A stretch of 34,166 nucleotides of DNA from a virus, in the IMG/VR virus record IMGVR_UViG_3300045988_047610, positions 1 through 34,166 of that record; one strand, written 5' to 3'. This document shows positions 8,636 through 16,789 of the stretch, in pieces. The first letter of the stretch is position 1, and every line of letters begins with the position of its first letter. The notes under the pieces were generated by a model. The model was not told where the DNA came from, made no database searches, and worked only from the letters and a program-made list of their open reading frames with translations. The position numbers and the translations under genes were made by a program.

Positions 8636-9139
8636 ATGACGGATAAAGAATACAGGGAATTAGGAAAAGAATACCTAGAACCGATTAAATTAATTTCAAT
8701 GAAAATTAAATCATTGAAAGAAGATCTAAAGCATTTGCAATCCGATATAACAACGATTGGGGCAGTTGATTATAGTAAGGAACGTTTAAGCGGTGGCGGA
8801 ACGCCGGGCGGGTTAGACCGTCAAATAGTACGCCTTGAAAGTAAACGCGATGCCGTACATAAAGAAATAGGTGCGTTAATTGATGAACGCGAAACGGCGG
8901 CGGATATCATCAACCAATGCACCATAGGGAAAACCAATATATTATTAATGCGTGAATACATCGACGGGGAAAGCGCAAAATATGCTAAAAGTTTTACTGA
9001 TTTAGGTAAAACGCAAGCCGCAGAATTGAAAACACTAGGCCTTATTAAAGTAGGGAAATTTTTACATGATACGTATTATCCAAGCATGTATACAGGGAAA
9101 TCGGTACAAGTCGAACTATACCGAACTACAACGGAATAA
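8636..9139 (+). CDS. Putative late-gene transcriptional regulator (RinA/ArpU/DUF1492-like, sigma region-4-like C-terminus); tentative
   Basis: Last gene before the packaging module. ILLMREYIDGES...TQAAELKTLGLIKVGKFL resembles r4-type HTH regulators. ATG 8636 follows GGGGGA; the alternative start at 8615 overlaps the upstream stop. Confidence 0.4.
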   Translation: MTDKEYRELGKEYLEPIKLISMKIKSLKEDLKHLQSDITTIGAVDYSKERLSGGGTPGGLDRQIVRLESKRDAVHKEIGALIDERETAADIINQCTIGKTNILLMREYIDGESAKYAKSFTDLGKTQAAELKTLGLIKVGKFLHDTYYPSMYTGKSVQVELYRTTTE

Positions 9140-9216
9140 TACGGAAAAGCTATATATAGTATAATTATATTGTCAAATGATGCTTAAAAGGTCATTGGCG
9201 TAATTCTCCTATATAG

Positions 9217-9256
9217 CACAATGCACAGGGGAACTTTGGGCCGTTCCCCTATTGTG
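9217..9256 (+). promoter_or_regulatory. Stem-loop (outer CACAAT/ATTGTG, inner AGGGGAAC/GTTCCCCT, 8-nt loop)
   Basis: Read from the sequence. Lies about 80 nt after the stop of 8636-9139. It is followed only by TATTGT, so it is a weak terminator at best. Confidence 0.35.
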
Positions 9257-9424
9257 TATTGTAAACCGATACCGATAAAATAGAATTCCTTTCAAACATA
9301 CACAGCCATAAAAGACAATCCTATCAAATATAAATATGTACTTCCAAGCACAACAACAATAAACCTAATTTCATGTGATCCATATCGGTATTGGTTTAGA
9401 GTACACATATCAAACATTGAAAAC

Positions 9425-9574
9425 TGGGGCCGTTCGGTTTCCTAGGAACTAGGCCACGGGCCTACGCCGTTGAGAGTGCGGCGGTATGGCTCCGGTTTTG
9501 AGTGTTTAATACATGACAAATGAATAAAGCTATCAGAATATGAGGTATATCCACGGCGATATATCTCATTTTTT
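9425..9574 (+). ncRNA. Candidate structured RNA: GC-rich hairpin cluster ending in an intrinsic terminator (hypothetical)
   Basis: Hairpins: CCTAG-GAA-CTAGG (9441-9453), AGGCC-ACG-GGCCT (9451-9463) and CGCCG-N9-CGGCG (9465-9483). These are followed by the terminator at 9540-9574. No coding potential. No promoter was identified. Confidence 0.3.
9540..9574 (+). terminator. Intrinsic terminator candidate (12-bp AT-rich stem with one G-U pair, loop CACGGC, T5 tail)
   Basis: ATGAGGTATATC / GATATATCTCAT followed by TTTTT. Confidence 0.5.
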
Positions 9575-9695
9575 GTATAAAAGTAACATTTGATTATTGA
9601 AAACTGAACATAATGCACATTTTTTATTTTAAGAGATATCACCTTTCATAGTTTCCAGTGATCTTTTAGTGCGGCGTGTTCGGTTTTGAGTAATT

Positions 9696-9729
9696 AAAAA
9701 AGCCGCCCTGTGTAGGCGGCCTTTATTTT
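9696..9729. terminator. Bidirectional intrinsic terminator
   Basis: AAAAAA-GCCGCC-ctgtgta-GGCGGC-CTTTATTTT. There is a U-tract on both strands. It sits directly after the stop of the minus-strand ORF 9731-9886 and at the end of the + strand early region. Confidence 0.75.
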
Positions 9730-9730
9730 G

Positions 9731-9886
9731 TTATTCGTAGTAGTGGCAAGCGATAACTTCGTTTGTGTTATTGTCGATTAATTGCCATTCAAAACCGAAA
9801 CTCATTGTACTGATGAAATCGGAAGCATCTGTTTTGTTTTCAAATTTCCATGTTTTGTTTGTGTTTACATCTTTAAGTGTTAGCAT
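9731..9886 (-). CDS. Unannotated 51-aa acidic protein (MLTLKDVNTNKTWKFENKTDASDFISTMSFGFEWQLIDNNTNEVIACHYYE)
   Basis: AAGGAGAA SD lies 7 nt upstream of ATG (9886-9884). Consensus promoter upstream and terminator immediately downstream. Below the 60-aa cut-off of the ORF track. Confidence 0.6.
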   Translation of the reverse strand: MLTLKDVNTNKTWKFENKTDASDFISTMSFGFEWQLIDNNTNEVIACHYYE

Positions 9887-9938
9887 TTTAAATTCTCCTT
9901 TTTGAATACTTGCGTTTTCTGATGTATCTTATGGCTTA

Positions 9939-9967
9939 ATTATACTTGCGTTTTCGCAAGTAGTCAA
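9939..9967 (-). promoter_or_regulatory. Near-consensus sigma-A/sigma-70 promoter: TTGACT - 17 nt - TATAAT (minus strand)
   Basis: -35 = 9967-9962 and -10 = 9944-9939 on the minus strand. The spacer is exactly 17 nt and is occupied by the operator palindrome. Confidence 0.7.
9943..9962. promoter_or_regulatory. Operator O4: 20-bp palindrome TACTTGCG-TTTT-CGCAAGTA, same family as the immunity-region operators. A half-site TACTTGCGTTTTC lies at 9907-9919.
   Basis: Perfect 8-bp arms. Same CTTGCG-N4-CGCAAG core as 33557-33574, 33594-33609 and 33663-33680. Confidence 0.65.
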
Positions 9968-10018
9968 TAGGGAAATTAAAAATTTTTCAAAAAGTTTTGT
10001 GAAGGTGGTGAAAAGCTA

Positions 10019-10207
10019 GTGAATATCATATGTACAAAATCAAAATGCCTTAACAACAAAGGCGGCAGATGTATAGCTAACGAAATATATTATGACGGCT
10101 TATGCCAAACATATTGCACTAGCCAACACGCCAGCAAGCAGCACGCGGGAATATGCCAACGATCACATGGCAGAATGAAAAGCAAAGATAACAACATACT
10201 ACGATAG
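10019..10207 (+). CDS. Small Cys-rich protein (62 aa), DUF1540-like pattern (tentative)
   Basis: GTG start 8 nt after GAAGGTGGTG. C-x4-C...C-x13-C-x3-C spacing (ICTKSKCLNNKGGRCIANEIYYDGLCQTYC). Confidence 0.4.
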   Translation: MNIICTKSKCLNNKGGRCIANEIYYDGLCQTYCTSQHASKQHAGICQRSHGRMKSKDNNILR

Positions 10208-10218
10208 GGGGTGAAACA

Positions 10219-10590
10219 ATGGCAAAAACTACATATAAGGACTGGGAAGCAGAAGAAAAGATTTTGCTTTTACAAGGCTGGGCGCGTAACGGTTTAACAA
10301 ATGAACAGATTGCCAGCAATATGGATATTGTTGTTTCTACCTTATGGGAATGGCGCAAGAAATCACCGAAAATATCAAACGCCTTAAAAATAGGAAAAGA
10401 CGAAGCGGACATACAAGTTGAAAATGCACTTTATAAAGCAGCGTTGGAAGGTAATACAACGGCTATGATTTTCTGGCTTAAAAATCGACGTTCTAAAGAA
10501 TGGCGCGATAAGATACAACAGGAAATTACAACAGAAAGCGCCGTTAAGTTGGTTATTGATAATAACGAATTGAGTGATACAGATGAGTAA
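10219..10590 (+). CDS. terS: Terminase small subunit
   Basis: HTH GLTNEQIASNMDIVVSTLWEWRKK and AMIFWLKNRRSKEWRDK are typical of TerS. Lies immediately upstream of TerL. Confidence 0.8.
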   Translation: MAKTTYKDWEAEEKILLLQGWARNGLTNEQIASNMDIVVSTLWEWRKKSPKISNALKIGKDEADIQVENALYKAALEGNTTAMIFWLKNRRSKEWRDKIQQEITTESAVKLVIDNNELSDTDE

Positions 10591-11935
10591 AACAAATCTG
10601 TTTCGCGATGTAATACGGCCAACGCCCAAGCAAAAGGAATTTTTAAGGGCAGTTAAGCAAAACATATATACACTATACGGCGGCGCTGCTGGTGGTGGTA
10701 AATCGTATATACTCCGCTGGGGTTTGGTATGGCTGCTTATTGATTGGTTCATCAAAACAGGAATTAAAGGCATACGCGTTGGGTTATTCTGTGAGGATTA
10801 TCCAAGTTTAGATGATCGTCAGATATCCAAAATCAAAATGGAGTTTCCGGAATGGTTAGGAAGCTATAAGGAAAGTAACCACGAATTCACATTGAATGAT
10901 GAATTAGGCGGCGGCGTTATATGTTTTAGAAATCTGGATAAGCCAAGCAAATACCTTTCAAGCGAATTCGCTGCTATTGCTATTGATGAATTGACTTTAA
11001 ATAGTCGCGATGTATTCGACTTCTTGCGTATGCGGCTCCGTTGGACTGGTATCACGGATACAAAGTTAATAGCTGCAACAAATCCGGGCGGTAAAGGCCA
11101 TATGTGGGTAAAAGATTTATTCATTGATAGAAATTTTACGAAAGAAATGCAGCCGTTCGCCGATAGGATTGCATATATCCAAGCAAGGGCAAGCGATAAC
11201 CCGCATCTATCACAAAGTTATATAGATGCACTTAACACATTGCCGGAAAAGCTACGTAAGGCGTATTTAGACGGCGACTGGAACATATTTGAAGGTCAAG
11301 TGTTTACAGAATTCCGCACCGATAAGCATGTAATAGAACCGTTTGAAATACCGCATCATTGGCAACGATATCGGTCAATGGACTGGGGATATACGAAACC
11401 ATATGCAGTATATTCCGCTGCCGTTGATTATGACGACGTGTTATATATTACTGGTGAGTTTTACGGTTGCAAGCCGGGTATGCCGGATACTGGTACACAG
11501 GAAACGGCAAGGGAAGTAGCACAAAAGATAGAACACTTAAAAGACTATCAAGGCGTGGCAGACCCGGCAATATGGCAGCGAACAGGCCATGACGGCCCAA
11601 CGATTGCGGAAATATTTGCAACTGAGGGCGTTTACTGGGTACGTGCTGATAATGATAGATTGGCCGGACTTATGCAAGTACATCAACGATTAAAAGAAGG
11701 CAAGTTAAAGATATTTAGTAATTGCGTTCACTTAATACGAACGCTGCCAGCTTTAACCTACGATAAAATCAAAGTCGAAGATGTAGATACAAAGCAAGAA
11801 GATCATGCATATGATGCGGTGCGTTATATGTGTATGGCTAGACCTGTAAAATCAGTTAAACCAGAAAAACCATTTAATGACGGTTATAGATATGTTGACG
11901 ATAGCGAAGGAGATATAAGCGCATGGGGCGTATGA
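10583..11935 (+). CDS. terL: Terminase large subunit (ATPase plus nuclease)
   Basis: Walker A YGGAAGGGKSY, Walker B-like AIAIDE, and C-terminal nuclease acidic residues (EDHAYDAVRY). ATG 10583 overlaps the terS stop. Confidence 0.9.
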   Translation: MSKTNLFRDVIRPTPKQKEFLRAVKQNIYTLYGGAAGGGKSYILRWGLVWLLIDWFIKTGIKGIRVGLFCEDYPSLDDRQISKIKMEFPEWLGSYKESNHEFTLNDELGGGVICFRNLDKPSKYLSSEFAAIAIDELTLNSRDVFDFLRMRLRWTGITDTKLIAATNPGGKGHMWVKDLFIDRNFTKEMQPFADRIAYIQARASDNPHLSQSYIDALNTLPEKLRKAYLDGDWNIFEGQVFTEFRTDKHVIEPFEIPHHWQRYRSMDWGYTKPYAVYSAAVDYDDVLYITGEFYGCKPGMPDTGTQETAREVAQKIEHLKDYQGVADPAIWQRTGHDGPTIAEIFATEGVYWVRADNDRLAGLMQVHQRLKEGKLKIFSNCVHLIRTLPALTYDKIKVEDVDTKQEDHAYDAVRYMCMARPVKSVKPEKPFNDGYRYVDDSEGDISAWGV

Positions 11936-12123
11936 GTGAAAGGGCGTTGCGTGATTACGCCTATAAGGTTCTTAAATCGGAATACGGCGAACGCGAGGAA
12001 AAGGGCGTTATTATTCCGGCGAAATATACAGATGCACAACTGGCGGAATTCGCCAAGGCAATGCCACAATGGCAATTAGAACAAATGTACGATATGATTT
12101 ATGGTTCTGAAATGGTGGAGTAA
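11923..12123 (+). CDS. Hypothetical protein (66 aa)
   Basis: AAGGAG lies 10 nt upstream of ATG 11923. Packed between terL and the portal gene. Confidence 0.5.
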   Translation: MGRMSERALRDYAYKVLKSEYGEREEKGVIIPAKYTDAQLAEFAKAMPQWQLEQMYDMIYGSEMVE

Positions 12124-14102
12124 TGGATATAGAACAAACAACCTTTGATATATACGAAGCAAAACAGAATGTAAAAAATGCATTGGCCGCCACGTCAGAA
12201 TGGCGCAAGGCTGCTGCCGAAGATTTTGCATTTATGCAAGGTAAGCAATGGCAAGACGGCGATTTAAAGAACATGCGCGAAGCTGGACGGCCAGCAATTA
12301 CGATTAATAGAATTAGACCGGTTATTAATCTGTTATGCGGTTATGCATCACAAAATGAAACTGAACCGGACTTTTTACCACGTTCCGAAGAAGATGATAG
12401 AATAAGCCGTGTTGCTAAAGGTATTACAAAATACTGTTTAGACCGTGCGAATTATCAACGCAATAAGGGTAAATGTTTCCGCGATAAGATTATTTGCGGT
12501 TTAGCCAATTACTGGGTATCGTATGAATTCGACTATACGAAGTTAGACGGCACTATTCAAATTGAACGTGTATCTCCGTTTGATGCGTTCATAGATCCGG
12601 AATGTAAAAAGGACGATTTAAGCGATGCGCAATATGTTGGCCGTTATAGTTGGGAAAGTGCTGCCAAGTTAAAGCAGATTTATCCGGAAAAGGTTGACGA
12701 AATCAACGCATTAAAAAGCAGATATGACGAAACCGAACAGGAAGCCGGCGTGATTGAAACGGTAGACGGCGAAGCGTTATGGTATAACACGAATTACAAT
12801 AAAATCCGTGTAGTGCAGTACTGGTATAAAGAATACGGCAAAAAGAACGTATACATGACAAAAGATGGTTTAATTGATGAAGCTAACCCGTTATTCGTTG
12901 TATTAATGGCTACTGGTAAGAAACCTACAAGTATTCCAGATACTAAAATCAGATACGCAACGTTCGCCGATAGTGTTCTATTGGAAGAAGGCGAAAGCCC
13001 TTATAAGCATGGAAAATTCCCGTTAGTGCGTGAATATTGTTACTATACCGGCGAATTGGTAGACGATGAACTGGAACCGGCTGGCGTAGTGCGTGATATT
13101 AAAGATGCACAAAGGGAATTAAATAAGAACCGAAGCCAACGCATGCACGTTGTAAATCAACAGTCTTTAGGTGTTAAATTCTGGCAAGGTCAACTAACAG
13201 AACAGACTAAGCGCGATATTAAAAATAATAGCACTAAACCGGGCGCGAATATTTGGTTACCGCCGGGCGTATCATTCGTAGACGGCACGCCGGCAATGGA
13301 TAGCAATATTAATATGGCCCTTGAACAACAATCAAGCAATGATTTTTATTCTATCAGCGGTATTACTCCGGAAAGCCTATCCGGTAGCGTTGGGGCAATG
13401 AGTGGCAAGGCAATTGACTTGCGGCAATCTGTTACAACTGTTCAAACGGCTGGTATCTTTGAGCAGTCGAAAGAAGCAGAACGCCAAATTGTAAAACTAT
13501 TATGGGGTGAGAAAAACGCACCGGGTTTAATTCCACAATTCTACAACGAAGCCAAAGCGATGCGTATTATGGGCGACGACGGGCAAAAAGAATTTGTACA
13601 GATTGCACCGGGTTTAAATCAACCTATGCAAGAACAAGTTTTAACCGATGCACTAGGTCAACCGCAACGCGATGCGGAAGGTAATCCTATTAAGCAAGTT
13701 TTGTATGATCTATCCGCCTTTGATTTCGATATTGTAATTAGTACAAGCCAAGCAAGCGCAACGGCAAGACGTGCTAACCTTTACCAATTATTGGAAGCTA
13801 AGAAATCCGGCGTTGATATTCCTATGGATATTATCCTTGATTTTATGGACTTCCCGGAAAAGGAAACGGTTAAGAAACGCATGCAAGAAGCGGCAGAAAA
13901 ACCAGCGTTACCAGAATTGCGTGTTAGCGGTTCCCTTGATGATATGCCAGCGGAAGCATTAAGTATGTACCTACAAACATTAGGCGTACAGATTTCACCG
14001 CAGCAAATCATGGCAGAACGGTTAGCCTTAAAAGGTAAACAACCAAACATTCAAAATACACCACAAATTATGCCGCCTATGAACGATTTAGGCACTATGT
14101 AA
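12123..14102 (+). CDS. Portal protein
   Basis: 659 aa, directly after terminase, with GGTGGAG SD. Size and position argument; no motif was verified. Confidence 0.75.
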   Translation: MDIEQTTFDIYEAKQNVKNALAATSEWRKAAAEDFAFMQGKQWQDGDLKNMREAGRPAITINRIRPVINLLCGYASQNETEPDFLPRSEEDDRISRVAKGITKYCLDRANYQRNKGKCFRDKIICGLANYWVSYEFDYTKLDGTIQIERVSPFDAFIDPECKKDDLSDAQYVGRYSWESAAKLKQIYPEKVDEINALKSRYDETEQEAGVIETVDGEALWYNTNYNKIRVVQYWYKEYGKKNVYMTKDGLIDEANPLFVVLMATGKKPTSIPDTKIRYATFADSVLLEEGESPYKHGKFPLVREYCYYTGELVDDELEPAGVVRDIKDAQRELNKNRSQRMHVVNQQSLGVKFWQGQLTEQTKRDIKNNSTKPGANIWLPPGVSFVDGTPAMDSNINMALEQQSSNDFYSISGITPESLSGSVGAMSGKAIDLRQSVTTVQTAGIFEQSKEAERQIVKLLWGEKNAPGLIPQFYNEAKAMRIMGDDGQKEFVQIAPGLNQPMQEQVLTDALGQPQRDAEGNPIKQVLYDLSAFDFDIVISTSQASATARRANLYQLLEAKKSGVDIPMDIILDFMDFPEKETVKKRMQEAAEKPALPELRVSGSLDDMPAEALSMYLQTLGVQISPQQIMAERLALKGKQPNIQNTPQIMPPMNDLGTM

Positions 14103-14125
14103 TATAAACTATCAACACAATAATA

Positions 14126-14150
14126 AACGCTCCGTAATGGGGCGTTTTTA
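14126..14150 (+). terminator. Intrinsic terminator after the portal gene
   Basis: AACGCTCC-gtaat-GGGGCGTT (8 bp, one G-U) followed by TTTAT. Confidence 0.6.
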
Positions 14151-14260
14151 TACATTTCGCCCTAAGTAATGGCGTTAAAAGGCTTGCTTATACATTATCG
14201 CCCGGCAACGGCGTTAAACTGCCATATTTCTTTATTCGTCCGGCAATGACGTTAAAAGGC
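14149..14260. repeat. Three imperfect direct repeats of about 35 bp (period 38-40 bp) between portal and scaffold genes
   Basis: ttatacatttCGCCctaagtaatGGCGttaaaaggc / ttatacattatCGCCcggcaacGGCGttaaactgcc / tttctttattCGTCcggcaatGACGttaaaaggc. Confidence 0.6.
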
Positions 14261-14275
14261 TAAGGAGTATTAGAT

Positions 14276-15187
14276 ATGGAAAAAGATTTAGTTAATATCG
14301 AAGATGCTGGTTTCACTCCGGAAGATTTAGAAAACGCGGGCGTGAACGTTGATGAACATACCGAAGAAACGGATACACAGGAAACTGCAACAGATGAACC
14401 CTCTACAGATGATGCGGCGGAAAGTGATGCGAATGATGCGGAAGTAGATGCAGCGGCGCCGAACACTAACGAAGAACCGGAACACGAAGAAAACCATACA
14501 AACGATAACAATCTAAAAGCGGCACTTGCACAGGAACGCGCAAGACGTAAAGCGGCCGAGGAACGCGCAAGACAATTTGAAGCGCAACAAAGACCAATTA
14601 CATTGCCAGATAGTGAAGTATCTGATATTCGGGACTTTGTACGCCGTGAAGCATTAAAACGCTTTAATTTGACGGCGGAAGATTTAGAAAGTCTTATGTT
14701 TGAAGATGTACAAAAATATAACGATTTCATTCGTTTTGAAGCTAACGCAGAATACACGATCACAAATCAACAGTTAGCAGTACACCAACAAAGACAAACA
14801 AATCTAAATTTCGTAAATGAAATTAAATCGTTACCGAATTTTGGGGAACTGTATCAACGTGGATTAGAAAAGCTAAACGGCATGACAATGCGCGATGCAC
14901 AACCAATTAATGATGCGTTCTACCGCGTAGATATTGGAGAAGGTACAGATGCCGATTTTGAAACAATCAGAAAATTTGTTAATGAACTGCAAAATGAACG
15001 GGCAACGAATACCGACGTTACAAATAACCCGTTACAGGTGGCCGCAACGCTCCCAAAAGCTGGCGCGTTAAACGGTGGCGTTCCTACACCTAACAAGGTA
15101 ACAGAAGAAGATATTTTGAAAGCGTATCAAACGGGCAACCTTGATGCATTGCCGGACGATGTACGCAAGTATTTTGACGAATTATAA
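14276..15187 (+). CDS. Scaffolding protein (putative)
   Basis: Lies between portal and capsid genes. Very acidic N-terminus and coiled-coil AALAQERARRKAAEERARQFEAQQ. TAAGGAG SD. Confidence 0.6.
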   Translation: MEKDLVNIEDAGFTPEDLENAGVNVDEHTEETDTQETATDEPSTDDAAESDANDAEVDAAAPNTNEEPEHEENHTNDNNLKAALAQERARRKAAEERARQFEAQQRPITLPDSEVSDIRDFVRREALKRFNLTAEDLESLMFEDVQKYNDFIRFEANAEYTITNQQLAVHQQRQTNLNFVNEIKSLPNFGELYQRGLEKLNGMTMRDAQPINDAFYRVDIGEGTDADFETIRKFVNELQNERATNTDVTNNPLQVAATLPKAGALNGGVPTPNKVTEEDILKAYQTGNLDALPDDVRKYFDEL

Positions 15188-15197
15188 GAGGTAAAAT

Positions 15198-16184
15198 ATG
15201 GCAGACCAAAGAAACCAAGTTAATATCCCAGCAAATTTAGTACCTAAAGTATGGGCTAAAAAAGTATGGCATGAAGGCGTTAAAGACTCTTATTTTGATA
15301 AATTCACTGCAATGGACGGTTCCAACGTAGTACACCAAAATAAAGACTTAACAAATGTTAAAGGCGATAGCGTAGTATTCGGCTTGATGATGAATTTAAC
15401 AGGCTCCGGCGTTGAAGGTAATAGACAAAAATTATCTGGCGCAGAAGATACTTTGAACATTTACGATTTTACTGTACAAACTCAATTAGTACGTAATGCG
15501 GTATCTCGTTTTGAAGCGGACGACCAAAAAAGTCAATATGATATGTTGAAAGAAATTAAAGGCGCATTGAAACAATGGCTATCTGACTGGCTTGATAATA
15601 AATTAATTTCTAAACTTTCCGCAACTCCTACATCAAATGATGAAGCAGTATATGCAAGTGCAGCTAGTACACAAGCTAGCATTACGGCAAATGATAAACT
15701 AACAACAACTATCATTTCCCGTGCTAAACGTAAAGCAATGATGCATGCACCAAAAGTGCAACCGATTAGGGTTGACGGCATGGATAAATATATTATGCTT
15801 GTATCTCCGTGGGCGGCACGTGATTTAAAAGATGATCCTAAATGGTTGGCAGCACAGCAAAACGCAAATGTACGCGGTTCTAAAAACCCTATCTTTACAG
15901 GCGCGTTAGGCGAATATGACGGCGTTATTCTATATGAATATGAACGCGTAGCAAATATGGCCGTTGGCGCATCTAGCGCTAACGTATGCCATAACTTATT
16001 GTTAGGTAAACAGGCGGCATGCTTCGCAGTAGCTAGACCAGCGAAACACATCGAACAAATGGACGATTACGGCAATATTGCTGGTAATGGCATTGCGTTC
16101 TATGGCGCAGTTGAAAACACACGGTTTAATAGTAAAGACTACGGCTTTATTCATGTATTAACTGGTGGCGCGGTTGAACACTAA
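15198..16184 (+). CDS. Major capsid protein
   Basis: 328 aa following the scaffold gene, with a strong SD (AAGAGG) and a terminator directly downstream. Family not verified; possibly N4 gp56/P22-like by recollection. Confidence 0.75.
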   Translation: MADQRNQVNIPANLVPKVWAKKVWHEGVKDSYFDKFTAMDGSNVVHQNKDLTNVKGDSVVFGLMMNLTGSGVEGNRQKLSGAEDTLNIYDFTVQTQLVRNAVSRFEADDQKSQYDMLKEIKGALKQWLSDWLDNKLISKLSATPTSNDEAVYASAASTQASITANDKLTTTIISRAKRKAMMHAPKVQPIRVDGMDKYIMLVSPWAARDLKDDPKWLAAQQNANVRGSKNPIFTGALGEYDGVILYEYERVANMAVGASSANVCHNLLLGKQAACFAVARPAKHIEQMDDYGNIAGNGIAFYGAVENTRFNSKDYGFIHVLTGGAVEH

Positions 16185-16197
16185 TTTTTGAATTATG

Positions 16198-16224
16198 GGC
16201 GGGGTAATACCCGCCTTTATTCTT
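16198..16224 (+). terminator. Intrinsic terminator after the capsid gene
   Basis: GGCGGG-gtaata-CCCGCC followed by TTTATTCTT. Confidence 0.7.
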
Positions 16225-16237
16225 ATATGGGGTGAAT

Positions 16238-16789
16238 ATGAACGTAAAACAAGTAATCAATAGGGCGTTCATGCAAATAGGCGATACACCACAGGAACAA
16301 TATACTCCGTACCATTTACTGGAGTATTACAACGAAGGCAATCACCTATTAAATGCCCTTATCGGTCAGTACTGCCCTAGTTTGGCACAGGCAACACATG
16401 AAGATAACGGCACCGGACGGATTACGCTGCCCGGTCAATGTATCAGCGTGTTAAATGTCAAAGCAGATGATGCGGACGTACAGGCCTATCATGTATTGAA
16501 TTTACAAACGATAGTATTTGATGCTGATCATGAGCAGAAAATAACCGTTGATTATATAATGACTGCCGGATATAAGAAGCTGGAAGATGAAAGCGGACTA
16601 CCGGCAGAATTAGAGACGTTATTAGTTGATTACATCGTATATAGGGTTATGAACCTTGATATATCCGGTGTAACGGCGAATATGGTTAATGCGTTGCAAT
16701 CCATTAATGACGGACTAGGCAATAATGAAAGCGTAATAGCGGAAGGGTACTGGAATTATGGTAGTAAGCGAATTGATTACGCTGGTTAA
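16238..16789 (+). CDS. Virion structural protein (head-completion/connector candidate)
   Basis: Position after the capsid gene. Start uncertain (GTG 16232 or ATG 16238). Confidence 0.45.
   Translation: MNVKQVINRAFMQIGDTPQEQYTPYHLLEYYNEGNHLLNALIGQYCPSLAQATHEDNGTGRITLPGQCISVLNVKADDADVQAYHVLNLQTIVFDADHEQKITVDYIMTAGYKKLEDESGLPAELETLLVDYIVYRVMNLDISGVTANMVNALQSINDGLGNNESVIAEGYWNYGSKRIDYAG

Noticed and set aside
9425-9495. A tRNA-like fold: GGGGCCG / TGGCTCC as acceptor stem, a 7-nt loop CCACGGG, and a GCCGT-TGAGAGT-GCGGC arm.
   Set aside because: The span is only about 67 nt and there is no D-arm. The T-loop lacks the TTC(R)A consensus. The anticodon loop has C rather than U at position 33. The 3' acceptor strand is not adjacent to the T-arm.
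9442-9642. A 66-aa minus-strand ORF in the non-coding hub.
   Set aside because: It has no SD. It runs through the GC-rich hairpin cluster and the 9540-9574 terminator, and its composition is not protein-like.
9943-9962. The palindrome as a host LexA/SOS box controlling an antirepressor.
   Set aside because: The sequence CTTGCG-N4-CGCAAG does not resemble the Firmicutes Cheo box (GAAC-N4-GTTC) or the E. coli CTGT-N8-ACAG box. It matches the phage's own immunity operators instead.
14149-14260. Three regularly spaced repeats that could be mistaken for a mini CRISPR array.
   Set aside because: The repeats are imperfect and nearly contiguous, with only about 4-5 nt between units and no spacers. 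There is no leader and there are no cas genes.
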